From positions 7,254,001 through 7,318,000 of the forward strand of contig OZ024740.1 of the NCBI GenBank assembly GCA_964016885.1: a stretch of 64,000 bases of DNA. The letters are read 5' to 3'. This document shows, piece by piece, positions 54,690 through 64,000 of this stretch (positions are counted from its first letter, which is position 1; the number at the start of each line of letters is the position of its first letter). Source of the stretch: Eledone cirrhosa (taxonomy: Eukaryota). The notes beneath the pieces are model-generated. The model searched no databases and was not told the origin of the DNA. It was given only the letters and a program-made list of their open reading frames with translations. A program made the translations under genes and the position numbers.

Positions 54690-57600
54690 ATTATTATATC
54701 AGTAACTATTGTTATGTCAGTTTCGATCAGTATATCAGCTTCGATTGGTATATCAGTTTCAATTAGTATGTCAGTTTCTATTGGTATATCAGTTTCGATT
54801 GGTATGTCAGTTTCGATTAGTATGTCAATTTATATTGGTATGTCAGTTTCAATTGGTATATCAGTTTCGATTGTTATATCAGTTTCTATTGGTATGTCAG
54901 TTTCAATTGGTATGTCAGTTTCTATTGGTATATCAGTTTCGATTGGTATGTCAGTTTCTATTGGTATGTCAGTGTAGATTATAATATCAGTTACTATTGG
55001 TATGTCAGTTTCGATTGTTATATCAATTTCGATTGGTATCTCAGTTTCGATTGGTACGTCAGTTTCGATTGGTATGTCAATTTCGATTAGTATATCAGTT
55101 TCTATTGGTATGTCAGTTTCTCTTGGTATATCAGCTTCGATTGGTATATCAGTTTCGATTGGTATATTAGTTTTGATTGGTATATCAGTTTCTATTGGTA
55201 TGTCAGTTTTGATTATTATATCAGTTACTATTGGTATGCCAGTTTCGATTAGTATGTCAATTTCGATTGGTATATCAGATTCGATTGGTATGTCAGTTTC
55301 TATTGGTATATCAGTTTCTATTGGTATGTCAGTTTTGATAGGTATGTCAGTTTCTATTGGTATATCAGTTTCGATTTGTATGTCAGTTTCTATTGGTATG
55401 TCAGTCTCGATAGGTATGTCACTTTCTATTGGTATATCAGTTTCGATTGGTATGTCATTTTCGATAGGTATGTCAGTTTCTATTGGTATATCAGTTTCGA
55501 TTGGTATGTCAGTTTCTATTGGTATATCAGCTTCGATTGGTATATCAGTTTCGATTAGTATGTCAGTTTCCATTGGTATGTCAGTTTCGATTAGTATATC
55601 AGTTTCTATTGGTATGTCAGTTTCGATTGGTATGTCAGTTTTGATTGGTATATCAGTTTCGATTGGTATATCAGTTTCGATTGGTATGTCAGTTTCTATT
55701 GGTATATCAGTTTCGATTGGTATGTCAGTTTCGATTGGTATATCAGTTTTGATTGGTATGTCAGTTTCTATTGGTATGTCAGTTTCGATTATCATATCAG
55801 TTACTATTGGTATGTAAGTTTTGATTGGTATGTCAGTTTCGATTGGTATTTCAGATTCGATTAGTATATCAGTTTCTGTAGGTATGTCAGTTTCTATTGG
55901 TATATCACTTTCGACTGGTATGTCAGTTTTGATTAGTATATCAGTTTCGATTGGTATGTCATTTTCGATTAGTATATCAGTTTCTATTCGTATGTCAGTT
56001 TCTATTGGTATATCAGTTTCGATTGGTATATCAGTTTCGATTGGTATGTCAGTTTCGATTGGTATATCAGTTTCGATTGGTATGTCAGTTTCTATAGGTA
56101 CGTCAGTTTCGATTGGTATGTCAGTTTCGTTTGGTATGTCAGTTTCGATTAGTATATCAGTTTCTATTGGTATGTCAGTTTCTATTGGTATATCAGTTTC
56201 AATTGGTATGTCAGTTTCTATTGGTATGTGAGTTTCTATTGGTATGTCAGTTTCTATTGGTATATCAGTTTCAATTGGTATGTTAGTTTCTATTGGTAAG
56301 TCAGCTTCGATTAGTATGTCAGTTTTGATTGGTATGTCAGTTTCTATTGGTATATCATTTTCGATTGGTATGTCAGTTTCTATTGGTATGTCAGTGTAGA
56401 TTATTATATCAGTAACTATTGGTATGTCAGTTTCGATTGGTATGTCAGTTTCGATTGGTATCTCAGTTTCTATTGGTATGACAGGTTCGATTGGTATATC
56501 AGTTTCAATTGGTATGTCAGTTTCTAATGGTATATCAGTTTCGATTAGTATATCAGTTTCTATTAGTATGTCAGTTTCTATAGGTATATCAGTTTTGATT
56601 GGTATGTCTGTCGATTATTATATCAGTAACTATTGTTATGTCAGTTTCGATCAGTATATCAGCTTCGATTGGTATATCAGTTTCAATTAGTATGTCAGTT
56701 TCTATTGGTATGTCAGTTTCGATTGGTATGTCAGTTTCGATTAGTATGTCAATTTATATTGGTATGTCAGTTTCAATTGGTATATCAGTTTCGATTGTTA
56801 TATCAGTTTCAATTGGTATGTCAGTTTCTATTGGTATATCAGTTTCGATTGGTATGTCAGTTTCTATTGGTATGTCAGTGTAGATTATTATATCAGTTTC
56901 GATTGGTATGTCAGTTTCGATTGGTATATCAATTTCGATTAGTATATCAGTTTCTATTGGCATGTCAGTTTCCCTTGGTATATCAGCTTCGATTGGTATA
57001 TCAGTTTCGATTGGTATATCAGTTTCTATTGGTATGTCTGTTTTGATTATTATATCAGTTACTATTGTTATGCCAGTTTCGATTGGTATGTCAATTTCGA
57101 TTGGTATATCAGATTCGATTGGTATGTCAGTTTCTATTGGTATATCAGTTTCTATTGGTATGTCAGTTTTGATAGGTATGTCAGTTTCTATTGGTATATC
57201 AGTTTCGATTTGTATGTCAGTTTCTATTGGTATGTCAGTCTCGATAGGTATGTCATTTTCGATAGGTATGTCAGTTTCTATTGGTATATCAGTTTCGATT
57301 GGTATGTCAGTTTCTATTGGTATATCAGCTTCGATTGGTATATCAGTTTCGATTAGTATGTCACTTTCCATTGGTATGTCAGTTTCGATTAGTATATCAG
57401 TTTCTATTGGTATGTCAGTTTCGATTGGTATGTCAGTTTCGATTGGTATATCAGTTTCGATTGGTATATCAGTTTCGATTGGTATGTCAGTTTCTATTGG
57501 TGTATCAGTTTCGATTGGTATGTCAGTTTCGATTGGTATATCAGTTTTGATTGGTATGTCAGTTTCTATTGGTATGTCAGTTTCGATTATCATATCAGTT

Positions 57601-60600
57601 ACTATTGGTATGTAAGTTTTGATTGGTATGTCAGTTTCGATTGGTATTTCAGATTCGATTAGTATATCAGTTTCTGTAGGTATGTCAGTTCTATTGGTAT
57701 ATCACTTTCGACTGGTATATCAGTTTCGATTAGAATTTCAGTTTCGATTGGTATGTCAGTTTCTATTAGTATATCAGTTTCGATTGGTATGTCATTTTCG
57801 ATTGGTATGTCAATTTCGATTGGTATGTCAGTTTCGATTGGTATATCAGTTTCGATTGGTATGTATGTTTCTACTGGTATGTCAGTTTTGATTAGTATAT
57901 CAGTTTCGATTGGCATGTCATTTGCGATTAGTATATCAGTTTCTATTCGTATGTCAGTTTCTATTGGTATATCAGTTTCGATTGGTATATCAGTTTCGAT
58001 TGGTATGTCAGTTTCGATAGGTATGTCAGTTTCTATTGGTATATCAGTTTCGATTGGTATGTCAGTTTCTATCGGTATAACAGTTTCGATTGGTATGTCA
58101 GGTTCGATTGGTATATCAGCTTCTATTGGTATGTCAGCTTCGATTGGCATATCAGTTTCGATTGGTATGTCAATTTCGATTGGTATATCAGTTTCGATTA
58201 GTATGTCAGTTTCTATTGGTATATCAGTTTTGATTGGTACATCAGTTTCGATTGGTATGTCAGTTTCGATTGGTATATCAGTTTCGATTGGTATGTCAGT
58301 TTCTATTGGTATATCAGCTTCGATTGGTATGTCAGTTTCTATTGGTATGTCAGTTTCGATTATCATATCAGTTACTATTGGTATGTAAGTTTCGATTGGT
58401 ATGTCAGTTTCGATTGGTATGTCAGATTGGATTAGTATATCAGCTTCTGTAGGTATGTCAGTTTCTATTGGTATATCACTTTCGACTGGTATATCAGTTT
58501 CGATTAGAATTTCAGTTTCGATAGGTATGTCAGTTTCTATTAGTTTCGATTGGTATGTCATTTTCGATAGGTATGTAAGTTTCTATTGGTATATCAGTTT
58601 CGATTGGTATGTCAGTTTCGAGTGGTATGTCAGTTTCAATTGGTATGTCAATTTCGATTGGTATGTCAGTTTCGATTGGTATATCAGTTTCGATTGGTAT
58701 GTCAGTTTCTATTGGTATGTCAGTTTTGATTAGTATATCAGTTTCGATTGGTATGTCATTTTCGATTAGTATATCAGTTTCTATTCGTGTGTCAGTTTCT
58801 ATTGGTATATCAGTTTCGATTGGTATGTCATTTTCGATTGGTATGTCAGTTTCTATAGGTACGCCAGTTTCGATTGGTATGTCAGTTTCGATTGGTATGT
58901 CAGTTTCGATTAGTATATCAGTTTCTATTGGTATGTCAGTTTCTATTGGTATATCAGTTTTGATTGGTATGTCAGTTTCTATTTGTATGTCAGTTTCTAT
59001 TGGTATATCAGTTTCGATTAGTATGTCAGTTTCTATTGGTATGTCAGTTTCGAATAGTATATCAGTTTCTATCGGTATGTCAGTTTCGATTGGTATGTCA
59101 GATTCTATTTGTATATCAGTTTCGATTGGTATATCAGTTTCGATTGGTATGTCAGTTTCGATTGGTATATCAGTTCCGATTGGAATGTCAGTTTCGATTG
59201 GTATGTAAGTTTTGATTGGTATGTAAGTTTCGATTGGTATATCAGTTTCGATTAGAATGTCAGTTTCGATTGGTTTTTCAATTTCTATTGGTATATCAGT
59301 TTCGATTGGTATATCACTTTTCGATTAGTGTGTCAGTTTCTATTGGTATGTCAGTTTCGATTAGTATATAAGTTTCTATTGGTATGTCAGTTTCGATTGG
59401 TATGTCAGTTTCTATTGGTATATCAGTTTTGATTGGTATATCAGTCTCGATTGGTATATCAGTTTATATTGGTATATCAGTTTCGATTGGTATGTCAGTT
59501 CTCTATTGGTATATCAGTTTCAATTGGTATATCAGTTTCTATTCTTATATCAGTTTCTATTGGTATATGAGTTTCTATTGGAATATCAGTTTCTATTGGT
59601 ATATCAGTTTCAATTGGTATGTTAGTTTCTATTGGTAAGTCAGCTTCGATTAGTATAACAGTTCCTATTGGTATGTCAGTTTCGATTAGTATAACAGTTC
59701 CTATTGGTATGTCAGTTTCGATTGGTATGTCAGTTTCTATTGGTATATCAGTTTTGATTGGAATATCAGTCTCGATTGGTATATCAGTTTCTATTGGTAT
59801 ATCAGTTTCAATTGGTATGTCAGTTTCGATTGGTATATGAGTTTCTATTGGCATGTCAGTTTCTATTGGTATATAAGTTTCTATTGGTATATCAGTTTCC
59901 ATTGGTATGTCAGATTCGATTGGAATGTCAGTTTCTATTGGTATATCAGTTTCAATTGGTATGTTAGTTTCTATCGGTAAGTCAGCTTCAATTAGTATAT
60001 CAGTTTCTATTGGTATGTCAGTTTCGATTTGTATATCAGTTTCGATTGTTATATCAGTTTCTATTGGTATATCAGCTTCGATTGGTATATCAGTTTCGAT
60101 TGGTATATTAGTTTTGATTGGTATATCAGTTTCTATTGGTATGTCAGTTTTGATTATTATATCAGTTACAATTGGTATGTCAGTTTCGATCGTTATATCA
60201 ATTTCGATTGGTATCTCAGTTACGATTGGTATGTCAGTTTCTATTGGTATATCAGTTTCTATTGGTATGTCAGTTTCGATAGGTATGTCAGTTTCAATTG
60301 GTATATCAGTTTCGATTTGTATGTCAGTTTCTATTGGTATGTCAGTCTCGATAGGTATGTCAGTTTCTATTGATATATCAGTTTCGATTGGTATGTCATT
60401 TTCGATAGGTATGTCAGTTTCTATTGGTATATCAGTTTCGATTGGTATGTCAGTTTCTATTGGTATATCAGTTTCGATTGGTATGTCAGGTTCGATTGGT
60501 ATATCAGTTTCTATTGGTATGTCAGGTTCGATTGGTATATCAGTTTCGATTGTTATGTCAATTTCGATTGGTATATCAGTTTCGATTAGTATGTCAGTTT

Positions 60601-63600
60601 CTATTGGTATATAAGTTTTGATTGTTACATCAGTTTCGATTGGTATGTCAGTTTCGATTGGTATATCAGTTTCGATTGGTATGTCAGTTTCTATTGGTAT
60701 ATCAGCTTCGATTGGTATGTCATTTTCTATAGGTATGTGAGATTCTATTGGTATATCAGTTTCGATTGGTATGTCAGTTTCGATTGGTATGTCAATCTCG
60801 ATTGGTATGTCAGTTTCGATTGGTATATCAGTTTCGATTGGTATATCAGCTTCGATTGGTATGTCAGTTTCTATTGGTATATCAGTTTCGATTGGTATAT
60901 CAGCTTCAATTAGTATGTCAGTTTCTATTGGTATTTCAATTTCGATTGGTACGTCAGTTTCGATTAGTATGTCAATTTCTATTGGTATGTCAGTTTGTAT
61001 TGGTATGTCAGTTTCGATTGGTATGTAAGTTTTGATTGGTATCTCAGTTTCTATTGGTATGACAGGTTCGATTGGTATATCAGTTTCGATTGTTATCTCA
61101 GTTTCGATTGGTATGTCAGTTTCGATTGGTATGTCAGTTTCGATTAGTATGTCAGTTTCTAATGGTATATCAGTTTCGATTGGTATGTCAGTTTCTATTA
61201 GTATGTCAGTTTCGATAGGTATATCAGTTTTGATTGGTATGTCAGTGTTGATTATTATATCAGTAACTATTGGTATGTCAGTTTCGATCAGTATATGAGC
61301 TTCGATTGGTATATCAGTTTCAATTAGTATGTCAGTTTCTATTGGTATATCAGTTTCGATTGGTATGCCAGTTTCAATTAGTATGTCAATTTATATTGGT
61401 ATGTCAGTTTCAATTGGTATATCAGTTTCGATAGTTATATCAGTTTCTATTGGTATGTCAGTTTCAATTGGTATGTCAGTTTCTATTGGTATATTAGTTT
61501 TGATTGGTACATCAGTTTCGATTGGTATGTCAGTTTCGATTGGGATATCAGTTTCGACTGGTATGTCAGTTTCGATTGGTATGTCAGTTTCGATTGGTAT
61601 ATCAGTTTCGATTAGTATGTCAGTTTCCATTGCTATGTCAGTTTCGATTAGTATATCAGTTTCTATTGGTATATCAGTTTCGATTGGTATGTCAGTTTCA
61701 ATTTGTATATCAGTTTCGATTGGTATGTCAGTTTCGATTGGTATGTCAGTTTCGATTGGTATGTCAGTTTCGATTGGTATGTCAGTCTCTATTGGTATGT
61801 CAGTTTCGATTATCATATCAGTTACTATTGGTATGGCAGTTTTGATTGGTATGTCAGTTTCGATTGGTATGTCAGATTCGATTGGTATGTCAGTTTCTAT
61901 TGGTATATCACTTTCGACTGGTATTTCAGTGTCTATTGGTATATCAGTTTGGATTGATATATCAGTTTTTGATTAGTATGTCAGTTTCTATTGGTATGTC
62001 AGTTTCTATTGGTATATCAGTTCCTATTGGTATGTCAGTTTTGATTGGTATGTCAGTTTCTATTGGTATATCAGTTTCTATTGGTATATGAGTTTTGATT
62101 GGTATGTCAGTGTCGATTATTATATCAGTAACTATTGGTATGTCAATTTCGATCAGTATATGAGCTTCGATTGGTATATCAGTTTCAATTAGTATGTCAG
62201 TTTCTATTGGTATATCAGTTTCGATTGGTATGCCAGTTTCAATTAGTATGTCAATTTATATTGGTATGTCAGTTTCAATTGGTATATCAGTTTCGATTGT
62301 TATATCAGTTTCTATTGGTATGTCAGTTTCAATTGGTATGTCAGTGTCTATTGGTATGTCAGTGTCAATTATTATATGAGTTACTATTGGTATGTCAGTT
62401 TCGATTGGTATATTAGTTTTGATTGGTATATCAGTTTCGATTGTTATATTAGTTTTGATTGGTATATCAGTTTCTATTGGTATGTCAGTTTTGATTATTA
62501 TATCAGTTACTATTGGTATGCCAGTTTCGATTGGTATGTCAATTTCGATTGGTATATCAGATTCGATTGGTATGTCAGTTTCTATTGGTATATCAGTTTC
62601 TATTGGTATGTCAGTTTTGATAGGTATGTCAGTTTCTATTGGTATATCAGTTTCGATTTGTATGTCAGTTTCTATTGGTATGTCAGTCTCGATAGGTATG
62701 TCAGTTTCTATTGGTATATCAGTTTCGATTGGTATGTCATTTTCGATATGTATGTCAGTTTCTATTGGTATATCAGTTTCGATTGGTATGTCAGTTTCTA
62801 TTGGTATATCAGCTTCGATTGGTATATCAGTTTCGATTAGTATGTCAATTTCCATTGCTATGTCAGTTTCGATTAGTATATCAGTTTCTATTGGTATGTC
62901 AGTTTCGATTGGTATGTCAGTTTCGATTGGTATATCAGTTTCGAGTGGTATATCAGTTTCCATTGGTATGTCAGTTTCTATTGGTATATCAGTTTTGCTG
63001 GGTATGTCAGTTTCGATTGGTATATCAGATTTGATTGGTATGTCAGTTTCTATTGGTATGTCAGTTTCGATTATCATATCAGTTTCTATTGGTATGTAAG
63101 TTTTGATTGGTATGTCAGTTTCGATTGGTATGTCAGATTCGATTAGTATATCAGTTTCTGTAGTTATGTCAGTTTCTATTGGTATATCACTTTCGACTGG
63201 TACATCAGTTTCGATTAGAATTTCAGTTTCGATAGGTATGTCAGTTTCTATTTGTATATCAGTTTCGATTGGTATGTCATTTTCGATAGGTATGTAAGTT
63301 TCTATTGGTATATCAGTTTCTACTGGTATGTCAGTTTTGATTAGTATATCAGTTTCGATTGGTATGTCATTTTCGATTAGTATATCAGTTTCTATTCGTA
63401 TGTCAGTTTCTTTTGGTATATCAGTTTCGATTGGTATATCAGTTTCGATTGGTATGTCAGTTTCGATTGGTATATCAGTTTCGATTGGTATGTCAGTTTC
63501 TATAGGTACGTCAGTTTCGATTGGTATGTCAGTTTCGATTGGTATGTCAGTTTCGATTAGTATATCAGTTTCTATTGGTATGTCAGTTTCTATTGGTATA

Positions 63601-64000
63601 TCAGTTTCAATTGGTATGTCAGTTTCTATTGGTATATGAGTTTCTATTGGTATGTCAGTTTCTGTTGCTATATCAGTTTCAATTGGTATGTTAGTTTCTG
63701 TTGGTAAGTCAGCTTCGATTAGTATGTCAGTTTCGATTGGTATGACAGGTTTGATTGGTATATCAGTTTCGATTGGTATCTCAGTTTCTATTGGTATGAC
63801 AGGTTTGATTGGTATATCAGTTTCGATTGGTATCTCAGTTTCGATTGGTATGTCAGTTTCGATTGGTATGTCAGTTTCGATTAGTATGTCAGTTTCTAAT
63901 GGTATATCAGTTTCGATTGGTATATCAGTTTCTATTAGTATGTCAGTTTCGATAGGTATATCAGTTTTGATTGGTATGTCTGTCGATTATTATTGTTATG

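Larger units (their letters stand above)
54036..64000. repeat. 18-bp satellite, diverged portion (about 540 monomers), same orientation as the left array
   Basis: Same consensus. Internal paralogy at offset 2118 bp before the SINE and 1924 bp after it (ORFs 54306/56424 and 54830/56754). Confidence 0.98.

Noticed and set aside
1-64000. Telomeric repeat array or canonical CENP-B boxes
   Set aside because: No (TTAGGG)n or (TTAGG)n runs. TTCG is common, but the TTCG-n4-A-n2-CGGG pattern was not seen in either satellite consensus.

Overview
Eukaryotic satellite or heterochromatin-type DNA with no host genes. Layout: (1) 1-40842, about 2270 monomers of an 18-bp satellite (GGTATRTCAGTTTCKATT) in nested higher-order duplications, homogeneous to about 31.7 kb and more diverged after that. 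(2) 40841-50676, about 49 near-identical copies of an unrelated AT-rich 202-bp satellite. (3) 50677-54036, a 5'-truncated RTE-type LINE with an uninterrupted ORF (partial APE endonuclease, RT, C4HC3 PHD-like finger), a duplicated structured 3' UTR and a (TGA)7 tail. (4) 54036-64000, the 18-bp satellite again, with a tRNA-derived SINE at 54503-54689 flanked by a 7-bp TSD. Most interesting: the 13.2-kb block of 202-bp array plus LINE interrupts a collinear 18-bp higher-order repeat without a TSD, and the last 202-bp unit supplies an in-frame ATG to the LINE ORF. From recall only, the SINE core and LINE 3' end resemble octopus/mollusc elements. All other ORFs are treated as repeat-derived.
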